Positions 1 through 9,496 of a stretch of DNA of 64,000 nucleotides are shown in pieces. Position 1 is the stretch's first letter, and the number at the start of each line of letters is the position of its first letter. The notes beneath the pieces are model-generated. The model searched no databases, was not told where the DNA came from, and saw only the letters and a program-made list of their open reading frames with translations. The translations under genes and the position numbers were made by a program. The stretch comes from Nitrospirae bacterium MYbin3 (GTDB taxonomy: Bacteria > Nitrospirota > Thermodesulfovibrionia > Thermodesulfovibrionales > Dissulfurispiraceae). The stretch is taken from contig PEAD01000007.1 in the NCBI GenBank assembly GCA_002753335.1, positions 1 through 64,000 of the forward strand, given 5' to 3'.

Positions 1-330
1 ATAGTTGCTGTAGAGCCGGCAAGCTCGCCGGTGCTTTCTGGCGGACAACCCGGCAAGCATAAGCTGGCCGGACTTGGCGCAGGTTTTGTTCCGGACATAC
101 TCAACACTAAAATATACGATGAGATTATAAAGGTTGCTGATGAAGATGCAGCCGAAACAGCGAGGCAGCTCGCAACTAAAGAAGGGCTTTTGGTCGGGAT
201 TTCCTCAGGAGCGGCAATGTGGGGGGCTTTAAAAACTGCCGAAAAGTTGGGCGCGGGTAAAAAACTTGTTGTGGTTCTTCCTGACAGGGGTGAGCGCTAT
301 CTGAGCACAGGTCTTTTTGCAAGAACCTGA
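1..330 (+). CDS. cysK: Cysteine synthase, C-terminal part (5'-truncated by window edge)
   Basis: Frame open from base 1: [44 protein letters not shown], the typical O-acetylserine sulfhydrylase C-terminus. Confidence 0.9.
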   Translation: MVAVEPASSPVLSGGQPGKHKLAGLGAGFVPDILNTKIYDEIIKVADEDAAETARQLATKEGLLVGISSGAAMWGALKTAEKLGAGKKLVVVLPDRGERYLSTGLFART

Positions 331-380
331 AAGCAAACAGATAAAACTGTTAAACTAAAAACAGTTGTTCATGTGGGGTT

Positions 381-1745
381 ATGCGTTCCCGGGAAAGAAA
401 AATCAATATAAAACTGCATGCTTTTCTGCTGCTTGCGGCTGCGCTGTGGTTGCAAATCTCGGTTTGCTGCCAAGCCTCAGCATCAGAAATAGACCCTCTT
501 ATTAAGGCCGCAGAAGCCGGAGACGCAAACGCACAGGCGACTCTAGGAGAAATGTACCATAAGGGAATAGGCATGCCACCGGTTTACGGGGATGCCTTGA
601 AGTGGTATATGAAAGCTGCTCAGAACGGAAATGTACTCTCTCACTATCTTTTGGGCGAGCTTTACGAGAAGGGATTGGGCGTTCCAAAAGATTATGCTGA
701 AGCAGAGAGATGGAACTCAAAAGGCGCTGAACTGCTCATCCCGCTTGCAGAGCTCTATATGCAGTCAAAACTAAAGACAGGAGAACCGGTTCCAAAACAG
801 GCTGCCGAAGCGATTAAAAAATATACAGACCTCTCTGACAATGGCAGCGAAACAGCACAGATTATACTCGGAGATTTTTATCTGGCAGCCAAAGAACCTG
901 CCGAGGCCGAAAAATACTACAGAAAAGCCATAGGGAAAAATAGCGCTTTAGCAGAGATAAAGCTCGGAAAGCTTTTATATTTCGGGGAGAGCGGGGCGAT
1001 AAAATATCTGAACGGAGCGCTCGATTGGTTCAGTGAGATTGCTGAACAAGGCAACGCGATGGGGCAGATCCTGCTCGGTGACATTTATATTAAAGGACTT
1101 GGCCCTGCCAAGGCGATAGAATTGTATGCAAAAGCAGCAGAGCAGGGCAACACTATTGCGCAGCTTAGGCTCGGGTATCTTTATGCGGACGGGAACAGCG
1201 TAAAAAAAGATTATGCGGAAGCTATGAAATGGTTTCAGAAAGCTGCCTCACAGGGCAATGCTCAGGCGGTTGTCCGCATTGGCGATATGCACAGAAACGG
1301 AGAAGGTGTTAAGAAAGATATTGATGAGGCTATGAAGTGGTATATGGCAGCAGCAGAAAAGGGCGACATGAAAACCCAATTTTATCTTGGCACGTTATAT
1401 ATGCAGGGTTTAGTCGTTAAAAAAAATGTGGCCGAAGCTATGAAGTGGTTCAAGATGAGTGCAGACAAGGGTGATGTAAAAAGCATAGTGCATATAGGCA
1501 ACCTCTATCGTGATGGCGACGGGGTTAAGCACGACATGGCAGAGGCTCTGAAATGGTACAGGATAGCGGCAGACAAGGGTGATGTTGAAACCCAATACCA
1601 TCTTGGCCATATCTATCTTTACGGCACCGGTGTTGCCCGGAACTACACTGAGGCCGAAAAATGGTTTAAAAAAGCTGCTGCAAACGGAAGCGATGCCGCC
1701 AGAAAAAGGCTTTATGAAATGGATCAGCAAGGGCTGCTGCAATGA
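381..1745 (+). CDS. Secreted Sel1-like repeat (SLR) protein
   Basis: N-terminal hydrophobic signal; about ten ~36-aa repeats of the form AQxxLGxxYxxGxGVxKDxxEAxKWxxKAAxxG. Confidence 0.9.
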   Translation: MRSRERKINIKLHAFLLLAAALWLQISVCCQASASEIDPLIKAAEAGDANAQATLGEMYHKGIGMPPVYGDALKWYMKAAQNGNVLSHYLLGELYEKGLGVPKDYAEAERWNSKGAELLIPLAELYMQSKLKTGEPVPKQAAEAIKKYTDLSDNGSETAQIILGDFYLAAKEPAEAEKYYRKAIGKNSALAEIKLGKLLYFGESGAIKYLNGALDWFSEIAEQGNAMGQILLGDIYIKGLGPAKAIELYAKAAEQGNTIAQLRLGYLYADGNSVKKDYAEAMKWFQKAASQGNAQAVVRIGDMHRNGEGVKKDIDEAMKWYMAAAEKGDMKTQFYLGTLYMQGLVVKKNVAEAMKWFKMSADKGDVKSIVHIGNLYRDGDGVKHDMAEALKWYRIAADKGDVETQYHLGHIYLYGTGVARNYTEAEKWFKKAAANGSDAARKRLYEMDQQGLLQ

Positions 1746-2365
1746 ACGGAATATTCATATCTTTCGAGGGCATAGATGGCTGCGGAAAAACCACACAGAG
1801 CAGAATGCTGCAGGAGTTTTTTGCCTCCAAAGGGCGTAACGCTATACTTACACTCGAACCGGGCGGGACATTGATAGGAACAAAAATAAGAGAGCTGCTG
1901 CTTAAGCCGGAGCATAAAGAGATGTCGCCTGTAGCCGAACTTCTGCTTTATAATGCGGCCCGGGCACAGCATATTGACGAAAAGATAGTTCCGGAGCTTA
2001 AAAAAGGAACGGTTGTGATTACCGACCGCTTCACCGACTCGACAATCGCTTATCAGGGTTACGGCAGGGGCATAGATCTCTCTCTGATAAATTCTATAAA
2101 CAACATCGCCACAAACGGGATAAAACCTGACCTGACTATTTTGCTGGACCTCGACCCCGAATCCGGGCTCGGAAGGAATAAAGGCATAAACAAGGTGGAC
2201 AGGTTTGAGCTTGAGGCGCTGACTTTTCACAAGAAGGTGCGGGAAGGCTTTCTGAAAATAGCGGAGATTGAGCCCGAAAGATTTGAGCTTGTCGATGCTT
2301 CGATGCCTCTAGGCGCAGTAACCAAAAAAATTCTTGATACTGTTGCAAGGCGCTATGGCATTTAG
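1742..2365 (+). CDS. tmk: Thymidylate kinase
   Basis: FISFEGIDGCGKTTQ P-loop, EPGG, DRFTDSTIAYQG. Confidence 0.95.
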   Translation: MNGIFISFEGIDGCGKTTQSRMLQEFFASKGRNAILTLEPGGTLIGTKIRELLLKPEHKEMSPVAELLLYNAARAQHIDEKIVPELKKGTVVITDRFTDSTIAYQGYGRGIDLSLINSINNIATNGIKPDLTILLDLDPESGLGRNKGINKVDRFELEALTFHKKVREGFLKIAEIEPERFELVDASMPLGAVTKKILDTVARRYGI

Positions 2366-3326
2366 AGATGTCATAGGACAGAAGCAGGCCTTACGCATTC
2401 TGCAGGGCACAATAAGAAAAGGCCGCACCCCATCTTCTTTTATGTTTTCGGGAGACCGCGGCATAGGCAAACACCTTGCTGCGGTTAATTATGCCAAAAC
2501 CGTAAACTGTCTGCAGCCCGAAGATTTTGACTGCTGCGACAAATGCATATCCTGCAAAAAGATAGCAGCGGGGGGACACCCCGATGTAGCGAGTATAAGT
2601 CCCGAAAACGATGTAATAAAGATAGAAGCGATCCGCTCTGCCGAAGAGTTTATACACCTGAAAACTTTTGAAGGAAATAAAAAAGTTCTGCTTGTTGACG
2701 ATGCTGATGCAATGAACATATCAGCGGCCAACGCATTTTTAAAAACGCTTGAAGAGCCGCCTTCAGACAGTCTTATAATTCTCATAACATCAGAGGCGGG
2801 CAGTCTGCCCGACACCATAAGATCACGCTGCTCTAACGTAGTGTTCAGGCCCCTCCCGACTGCCGAATGCAAAAGGCTTGCGGAGGCCAAGATGGGCGCT
2901 TCAACAGAACTGGTGCTGAATCTTGCGGGAGGGAGGCCCGGACTGTGCATCGCATATGATTTTGCACAGGACAAGAAGCTGTTTATCTCAAGCCTGCAGG
3001 ATATTTTTTCGGGCGCTTCGTCAAAGGACATATGGAAGGACAAGGCCGAAATCAGGCAATGGCTTGATATGGCAGCGGTCTTTATCCGGGATATTGTAAT
3101 ATCAAAACTGACAGGCAGTGAAAAAAATCTGCTCTTCGGAAATGTTGGCGAGCTAAGAACCTCAAACAATAAGCCTTTTGCTGAATCGGCAAAAAAAGCC
3201 AGCCTTGAGCGGCTGCTCGAAACACACCAGCTTTTGGAAAAATTTAAAGGTCTGCTTGATTTTAATCCCAACAAATCCATATCATGGAACTACGTGTCAA
3301 GCCTTATGAAAGGCTGTCTCGACTGA
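2355..3326 (+). CDS. holB: DNA polymerase III delta' subunit
   Basis: GDRGIGK, Cys zinc motif CxxC, AANAFLKTLEEP, TIRSRC; follows tmk; start placed at ATG 2355 (MAFRDVIG). Confidence 0.9.
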   Translation: MAFRDVIGQKQALRILQGTIRKGRTPSSFMFSGDRGIGKHLAAVNYAKTVNCLQPEDFDCCDKCISCKKIAAGGHPDVASISPENDVIKIEAIRSAEEFIHLKTFEGNKKVLLVDDADAMNISAANAFLKTLEEPPSDSLIILITSEAGSLPDTIRSRCSNVVFRPLPTAECKRLAEAKMGASTELVLNLAGGRPGLCIAYDFAQDKKLFISSLQDIFSGASSKDIWKDKAEIRQWLDMAAVFIRDIVISKLTGSEKNLLFGNVGELRTSNNKPFAESAKKASLERLLETHQLLEKFKGLLDFNPNKSISWNYVSSLMKGCLD

Positions 3327-3363
3327 TTTGTCAAACTCAGAAATCCCCGGGGGTGTCGTATAA

Positions 3364-4323
3364 ATGCCGGAAATTGTAGGAATTAAATTTAAGCAGTGCG
3401 GTAAAGCCTATGATTTTGAGGCTAACAATCTTGAGCTGAAGGTCGGCGATAATGTGGTTGTTGAATCCGATTTTGGCATAAGTATAGGCAGGGTGGTAAC
3501 AGAAAAAAAATCTCTTGAACAGTCGGACCGCCAGTTTAAAAAGGTGATCCGCCATATGAACGAGAACGACAAAAAGACAAAAGAGGAAAACGTAAAAATC
3601 GAAAAAGATGCCCGTGACTACTGCAGGGAGCGCATTATGGTGCGTGGCCTTCCGATGAAGCTGGTCGGCGCAGAATCTACTCTCGACAGAAAGCGAATCG
3701 TCTTTTATTTTACGGCAGACGGAAGGATAGATTTCAGAGAGCTGGTAAAGGATCTCGCTGCAAAGTTCAAGACGAGGATAGAGATGCGCCAGATTGGGGT
3801 GAGGGATGAGGCCCGCTTTATAGGCGGTATAGGCATATGCGGCAGGACGCTGTGCTGCAGCACTTTTCTTTCCTCGTTTGAACCTGTTTCGATAAAGATG
3901 GCCAAGAAACAGGAACTGACATTGAATGTTGGGAAACTCTCGGGCCAGTGCGGCAGGCTGATGTGCTGTCTGCGCTACGAGTACGAAGGCAGGCTTGAAG
4001 GTATCACGTTGGATGAAGAGATTCCTGCAGAAATCGGCGAGAAAGACAAAAGCGAGCCTGAAGTTATGATATCTCAGGTGCTTTCCAGGATAGACGAAAA
4101 TGGCCATGAAAATCGGCCGGCACCAGACCGCAAAGCCCATACACCTAACAGCATGCCAAACAAAGATAACCGGCAGAGGGGGCGCAGAGATTTCAGGGAA
4201 CAGCAAAAACCGGATACGAAAACACCACAACCAGAGAACCAACCCAAAACTGAAGGTGATCAGCAGAAGCCCGAAAAACCGCATGACCGCCGGCCAAGGA
4301 GACGAAGACGGCCTAAAAAATGA
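3364..4323 (+). CDS. ricT: PSP1/RicT (YaaT) family Fe-S protein with basic disordered C-terminal tail
   Basis: FYFTADGRIDFRELVKDLA, GIGICGRTLCC, KLSGQCGRLMCCL; holB-ricT-metG synteny. Confidence 0.88.
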   Translation: MPEIVGIKFKQCGKAYDFEANNLELKVGDNVVVESDFGISIGRVVTEKKSLEQSDRQFKKVIRHMNENDKKTKEENVKIEKDARDYCRERIMVRGLPMKLVGAESTLDRKRIVFYFTADGRIDFRELVKDLAAKFKTRIEMRQIGVRDEARFIGGIGICGRTLCCSTFLSSFEPVSIKMAKKQELTLNVGKLSGQCGRLMCCLRYEYEGRLEGITLDEEIPAEIGEKDKSEPEVMISQVLSRIDENGHENRPAPDRKAHTPNSMPNKDNRQRGRRDFREQQKPDTKTPQPENQPKTEGDQQKPEKPHDRRPRRRRRPKK

Positions 4324-6266
4324 ACTCTTTATCCGAAAAATTCTATGTAACCACGCCGATCTATTATGTGAATGATATTCCTCACATCGGCCATGCCTAC
4401 ACCACAATAGCGGCCGACATACTTGCGCGCTACAACCGTATGAAGGGAAGCGATGTTTTTTTTCTGACCGGCACCGACGAACATGGACAAAAGGTTGAGA
4501 AGGCCGCAAAAGACCGCGGCATGACGCCTAAAGAGCATTCGGATTTGATGGTCAAAAACTTCAATGAGCTTTGGGGAAAACTTAATATAATTAATGATGC
4601 GTTTATCAGAACAACCGACAGTGAGCACAAAAAAATAGTTCAGGAAATAATGTCCGGGCTCTGGAAAGCCGGAGAGATAGAGAAGCGCTCATACAGCGGC
4701 ATGTACTGTACCCCATGCGAAAGGTTCTGGACAGAAAAAGATCTTAAAGAAGGCAACTGCCCAGACTGCGGGAGGCCGGTTGAGAAGATCGAAGAGAACA
4801 ACTATTTTTTTCTCATGTCTAAATATCATGACAGACTTATAAAGCATATCGAGCAGAATCCTGATTTTATTCTGCCCGAAACCAGACGCAACGAAGTGCT
4901 CGGCTTTTTAAAAAACAACCAGCTCGGAGACCTTTGCATATCAAGGCCTGTAAGCAGGCTGGCATGGGGCATACCGCTGCCTTTTGATGAGGGCTACACA
5001 ACCTATGTCTGGTTTGATGCGCTCGTAAATTATTATTCGGCAACAAAGTATCTTGCACCAGAAAAAACCAAAACCGATTTCTGGCCTGCACAGCACCACA
5101 TAATAGGCAAGGATATCCTCACAACACATTCGGTCTATTGGTCAACAATGCTGATGGCCCTCGGCATGCCGCTGCCAGAAAATATATTTGCACATGGCTG
5201 GTGGACGGTCAGCGGCAAGAAGATGTCCAAGTCCCTTGGCAATGTAACTGCGCCGGGTGAGCTGGTGGACCGCTTCGGGTCCGACGCCTTCAGATTTTTC
5301 CTGTTCAGGGAAATCCCTTTTGGCCTTGACGGCGACTTTTCTGAAGAGGCTCTGATAAAAAGAATCAATACAGATCTTGCCAATGATTTCGGCAATCTTG
5401 CCAGCAGGGTTTTAACTATGGCAGAAAAATATTTTGCAGGAGCGATTCCTGAGCCTGCCGATGAAGAAAGCGAAATGAAACTCCTGTCCGAAGAAGTTTC
5501 TTCCGGATTTGACCGGTCGCTCAAGCGGCTCGATTTTCATCGAGCGCTTGATGAGGTTTGGCGGCTTGTTTCTTACACGAACAAATATGTGGATTCTTCG
5601 GCGCCCTGGAATCTCGCAAAAGATCCGGCGCTTGAGGGCAGGCTGCGCACCGTAATATATTCGGCTGCAGAGGCTGTCCGCATAATCACGCTTTGTCTGC
5701 ATCCCTTTATTCCCAATTCAACAGGCAGATTATGGAAGCAGTTTGGATTCGGGCAGGATATCCAGTCTTTCAACATTCAGACGGCCTGCTTGTGGGGACT
5801 GCTGCAACCGGGGATAAAGGTGCAAAAAGGGGATGCTCTATTCCCCCGCATCGAAACCGAAAATACAGCCGCTAAACAAGAAAAGCAGAAAAACAAAGAA
5901 GCAAAAAAGGAGAAGCAGCCAATGACAGAACAAAATATAACCGACCTGATCGGCATAGAGGATTTTGCAAAGGTGCAGCTCAAGGTTGGACTTGTGCTCA
6001 GCGCAGAAAAGGTGGAGAAATCCGAAAAGCTTATAAGACTTAAGGTTGACACCGGAGAAGAGAGGCAGATAGTTGCCGGAATAGGAAAATCCTACAACCC
6101 GGAGTATCTGGTCGGCAAAAAAATTATCGTGGTAGCAAATCTAAAACCTGCCAAGCTTATGGGTAATGAATCTCATGGGATGCTTCTTGCCGCAACTGGC
6201 GATGATGGCGTTTGCTCGGTTTTGGTTCTTGACAGAGATGTGAAGCAAGGCTCGCGGGTGAAGTAG
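4320..6266 (+). CDS. metG: Methionine--tRNA ligase with C-terminal tRNA-binding domain
   Basis: YVTTPIYYVN, HIGH, KMSKS, C-terminal EMAP-like domain (NLKPAKLMGNESHGM). Confidence 0.97.
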   Translation: MNSLSEKFYVTTPIYYVNDIPHIGHAYTTIAADILARYNRMKGSDVFFLTGTDEHGQKVEKAAKDRGMTPKEHSDLMVKNFNELWGKLNIINDAFIRTTDSEHKKIVQEIMSGLWKAGEIEKRSYSGMYCTPCERFWTEKDLKEGNCPDCGRPVEKIEENNYFFLMSKYHDRLIKHIEQNPDFILPETRRNEVLGFLKNNQLGDLCISRPVSRLAWGIPLPFDEGYTTYVWFDALVNYYSATKYLAPEKTKTDFWPAQHHIIGKDILTTHSVYWSTMLMALGMPLPENIFAHGWWTVSGKKMSKSLGNVTAPGELVDRFGSDAFRFFLFREIPFGLDGDFSEEALIKRINTDLANDFGNLASRVLTMAEKYFAGAIPEPADEESEMKLLSEEVSSGFDRSLKRLDFHRALDEVWRLVSYTNKYVDSSAPWNLAKDPALEGRLRTVIYSAAEAVRIITLCLHPFIPNSTGRLWKQFGFGQDIQSFNIQTACLWGLLQPGIKVQKGDALFPRIETENTAAKQEKQKNKEAKKEKQPMTEQNITDLIGIEDFAKVQLKVGLVLSAEKVEKSEKLIRLKVDTGEERQIVAGIGKSYNPEYLVGKKIIVVANLKPAKLMGNESHGMLLAATGDDGVCSVLVLDRDVKQGSRVK

Positions 6267-6271
6267 CAGTT

Positions 6272-6955
6272 ATGCCGGGCCGCAAGGTTAAAGACTGGCC
6301 TGAGAGCGAAAGACCCCGCGAAAGGCTGCTTAACAACGGCCCCGAAGCATTGTCAGATGCACAGCTTCTCGCAATAATCCTAAGAACCGGCAGCGGCAAA
6401 ACAAATGTTATGGAGCTTTCGCTCTCGCTGCTCGAAGAATTCAGATCCCTTAAAAATATCGACGATGCCTCCGCTGCAGAGCTATCAAAGATCAACGGCT
6501 TGGGAACCGCCAAAATAGCGCAGCTTAAAGCGGCGTTTGAGATCGGCAAAAGGATGATGGCAGACCCCAAGGACAACAGGCCTGTGTTAAGTTCAAGCAG
6601 CGCGGTGTATTCATTTCTGAGTCCGGCCTTAAGGCATATAAAGAAAGAAAAATTCTTATGCCTGATGCTCGATGCGAAAAACAGACTGCTGAGGGAGCAC
6701 CTTGTATCCGAAGGCACACTAACAAATTCGGTGATTCATCCGAGAGAAGCTTTTAAAGAGGCTATCAAAGAGTCGGCTGCCTCTGTGATATTCGTCCATA
6801 ACCATCCGAGCGGCGATCCCACGCCGAGCAAAGAGGACATCTCAATAACCGAACGGCTGAAAAGCACCGGAAACATTGTAGGCATAACAGTGCTGGATCA
6901 TCTGATTATAGGTGACGGGAGATATGTAAGCCTAAACGAACAGGGTTTGATGTAA
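6272..6955 (+). CDS. radC: RadC-family JAB domain protein
   Basis: ERPRERL..ALSDAQLLAIIL, HPREAF, HNHPSGDPTPS..D, LDHLII. Confidence 0.93.
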   Translation: MPGRKVKDWPESERPRERLLNNGPEALSDAQLLAIILRTGSGKTNVMELSLSLLEEFRSLKNIDDASAAELSKINGLGTAKIAQLKAAFEIGKRMMADPKDNRPVLSSSSAVYSFLSPALRHIKKEKFLCLMLDAKNRLLREHLVSEGTLTNSVIHPREAFKEAIKESAASVIFVHNHPSGDPTPSKEDISITERLKSTGNIVGITVLDHLIIGDGRYVSLNEQGLM

Positions 6956-7150
6956 CTTTCCATAGCATGCTGTAAAGGAGTGTCGCACCCCTTTAGTGAA
7001 TGCTCAAAACAGTATCTTGTTGATTATAAAACAATATTGTCTTTATACGACTTTAGCACACTTATTGCATAACTAATGCTACTCCCCAATTACCCCTCAG
7101 AGTCCCAATCCCTTTCAAAAAGGGATTGGGTAAACTCAAACGATGTTGAA

Positions 7151-9496
7151 ATGACAGTTAAGGATAGAAAAAGAAATCAGATCCCAATTAGCCTGAACGC
7201 CCTATTTGCTATGCTGGCGTGGTTTATTTTTGTCTCGTTTTCTGGAGCTCAAGCTAATCAGCAGGCTAATAATCTAACAACTCTGACAGCGGTTGTTCAT
7301 CATGATTATCAGCCTACAGCCTTTCAGGACCCTAAAACAAAAAAAGCAAAAGGCTTTGCAATTGACCTTATGGACGAAATAGCCAAGAGGGCCGGATTTC
7401 AGGTCAGCTACCGCTTTGAAAATGACTGGACCGAAATTGTTGAGGCGGTCAGAACCGGCAAAGCTGACTTAGCTCCTGCCATCGGGATAACAGCAGAAAG
7501 AGAAAAAACATCGTTATTTACTTTGCCTTTTGACACCATCCCGATATCAATGCATGTAAGGTCTAACAGCAGTTTGTCCGGAATTAAAAATGGCATAACC
7601 ATTGGAGCAATAAAAGGCAGCGCAGCTCATAATTTGCTGAAGTTAAAACACAAAGAGGTGGATATCAGAACTTATGTAAGCTATTCGTCCGGATTATTGG
7701 ATTTGTTGTCCGGACATATAGATGCTTTTTGCTGTCCGGAACCTACATTGATGCAATTGGCTAAAGATGCCGGTTTTGAGGACAAAATCAAAGTTGTCGG
7801 CTCGCCTCTTGCCGAAATAAAGCGCGCTATAGCTCTGCACAAAGACAACAGGGAGCTGCTTGCAAAGCTCAATGCAGCAACAAAAGAGTTCGTTGGCTCT
7901 CCCGAATACAATCGGCTTTATGACAAATGGCATGCCTCCCCCAAGCCATTGATAGCAGTCTCGGGGAAAACAGTATTGATCACTTTAATAATATTCCTGG
8001 TTATCGGCGCTATGGCCTTATGGCGATATATTTCGTTAGCCCATTTGAATCAAAGGCTTCAGTCCGAGATAGAAGAGCGCAAGCGAACAGAAGAGGAACT
8101 GCTCAAGAGAGAGCAACAACTGCAGGCCTTAAACGCAAATCTTGCTGATGGAATGGTATACCAGATTAATAGCGGGTTGGATGGCCTGCAGCGTCAATTC
8201 ACATACCTGAGTGCTGCTTTGGAACGACTGCACGGATTGAAGATAGAGGATGTGAAACAAAACCCCATGCTTTTATACGATCAGGTGGTTGAGGAAGACA
8301 GGGCTGTAGTGTCCGAAAAAGAGGCTTATGCCTATGTAACCCGGACCAGGCTTGATATTGATGTAAGGGTTCGCATTCCCTCAGGAGAAGTCCGGTGGCG
8401 GCGCTTCATATCTGCTCCTCACACTGAACCGGATGGCAGTTTAGTGTGGGACGGGATTGAAATGGATATAACCGAACGTAAGCAGGCCGAAATTGAACGG
8501 GAACAGTTTTATCAATTATTCCAGACCTCTGCCGACCTGATGGTCATAGCAGATCCGAACGGAGCCTTTATCAGGGTTAACCCTGCCTGCACCGAAGCGC
8601 TTGGATACAACGCAGATGAGCTGGTTTCAAAACCGTTTATTGAATTTGTGCATTCGGAGGATAAACAGCCGACACTCGATGAAATGGCAAAACAGCTGCA
8701 GAGGGGTTTTTCGCTCAATTTTGAAAACCGCTACCAATGCAAAAATGGTTCTTTCAAACTGCTTTCGTGGCGCGCAACTTATATCAAAGAGCAAGGAATC
8801 ACCTATGCCACAGCTCGGGATATTACAGAACTCAGGCAGGCAGAGGAGCAGATTCAACGCTCTCTTAAAGAAAAAGAGGTTTTGCTTAAGGAGATACATC
8901 ATCGCGTAAAAAACAATATGCAGGTAATTTACAGCCTGCTGAGCCTGCAGGCAAAAGGCATAGATGATGAGGCTGTCCGTGCAAAATTCGAAGAGAGCCG
9001 GAGCAGGGTATTATCAATGTCGCTGGTTCATGATAAATTGTACAGGTCAGAAGATCTTGCCCATATAGATTTCAAAGATTATCTGCAAAGCCTTGTCAAA
9101 AGCATTGCGGACACCTACAAGCGGCATGATGTCACTTTTTTTATTGATATGGAACCCATCTTGCTTGATGTCAATGTTGGTGTTCCCTGCGGACTTATTG
9201 TAAATGAGCTGGTATCAAACAGCCTCAAATACGCATTCCCCCAAAACATAAACGGAAATGTCAAAGTAGGCATTAAAAAAAGCGGCAAAGAGAATTATAT
9301 TTTGTTTATTGAGGACAACGGCATCGGCTTTCCGGCGGACATTGATTTCCGCAATACTTTATCTCTCGGCATGCAGTTGGTAAATGGTTTGACCCGGCAA
9401 ATAGGTGGAAAGATAGAGCTTTCAAGGACAGAAGGCACAAGCTTTGCTATATGCTTTCCCTGCAAGCAGGAACCCGGAGATGCGCAGAATGGATAG
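7151..9496 (+). CDS. Membrane sensor histidine kinase: periplasmic solute-binding (family 3-like) domain, PAS domains, HisKA_2/HATPase
   Basis: Signal-like N-terminus, GFAIDLMDEIAKRAG, TM segment, two PAS-like regions, LLKEIHHRVKNN H-box, NELVSNSLKYAF, DNGIGF; start uncertain (7076 or 7151). Confidence 0.88.
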   Translation: MTVKDRKRNQIPISLNALFAMLAWFIFVSFSGAQANQQANNLTTLTAVVHHDYQPTAFQDPKTKKAKGFAIDLMDEIAKRAGFQVSYRFENDWTEIVEAVRTGKADLAPAIGITAEREKTSLFTLPFDTIPISMHVRSNSSLSGIKNGITIGAIKGSAAHNLLKLKHKEVDIRTYVSYSSGLLDLLSGHIDAFCCPEPTLMQLAKDAGFEDKIKVVGSPLAEIKRAIALHKDNRELLAKLNAATKEFVGSPEYNRLYDKWHASPKPLIAVSGKTVLITLIIFLVIGAMALWRYISLAHLNQRLQSEIEERKRTEEELLKREQQLQALNANLADGMVYQINSGLDGLQRQFTYLSAALERLHGLKIEDVKQNPMLLYDQVVEEDRAVVSEKEAYAYVTRTRLDIDVRVRIPSGEVRWRRFISAPHTEPDGSLVWDGIEMDITERKQAEIEREQFYQLFQTSADLMVIADPNGAFIRVNPACTEALGYNADELVSKPFIEFVHSEDKQPTLDEMAKQLQRGFSLNFENRYQCKNGSFKLLSWRATYIKEQGITYATARDITELRQAEEQIQRSLKEKEVLLKEIHHRVKNNMQVIYSLLSLQAKGIDDEAVRAKFEESRSRVLSMSLVHDKLYRSEDLAHIDFKDYLQSLVKSIADTYKRHDVTFFIDMEPILLDVNVGVPCGLIVNELVSNSLKYAFPQNINGNVKVGIKKSGKENYILFIEDNGIGFPADIDFRNTLSLGMQLVNGLTRQIGGKIELSRTEGTSFAICFPCKQEPGDAQNG

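Noticed and set aside
1140..1700. ~108-nt periodicity, considered as CRISPR or tandem repeat
   Set aside because: Explained by Sel1 protein repeats; no identical DNA repeats with spacers
2489..3280. 263-aa antisense ORF over holB
   Set aside because: Ser-rich shadow ORF opposite a conserved gene
3337..4509. 390-aa antisense ORF over ricT/metG
   Set aside because: Shadow of well-supported plus-strand genes; no motifs and biased composition
6272..6955. radC as a mobile-element marker
   Set aside because: Full-length chromosomal type following metG; no integrase or transposase nearby
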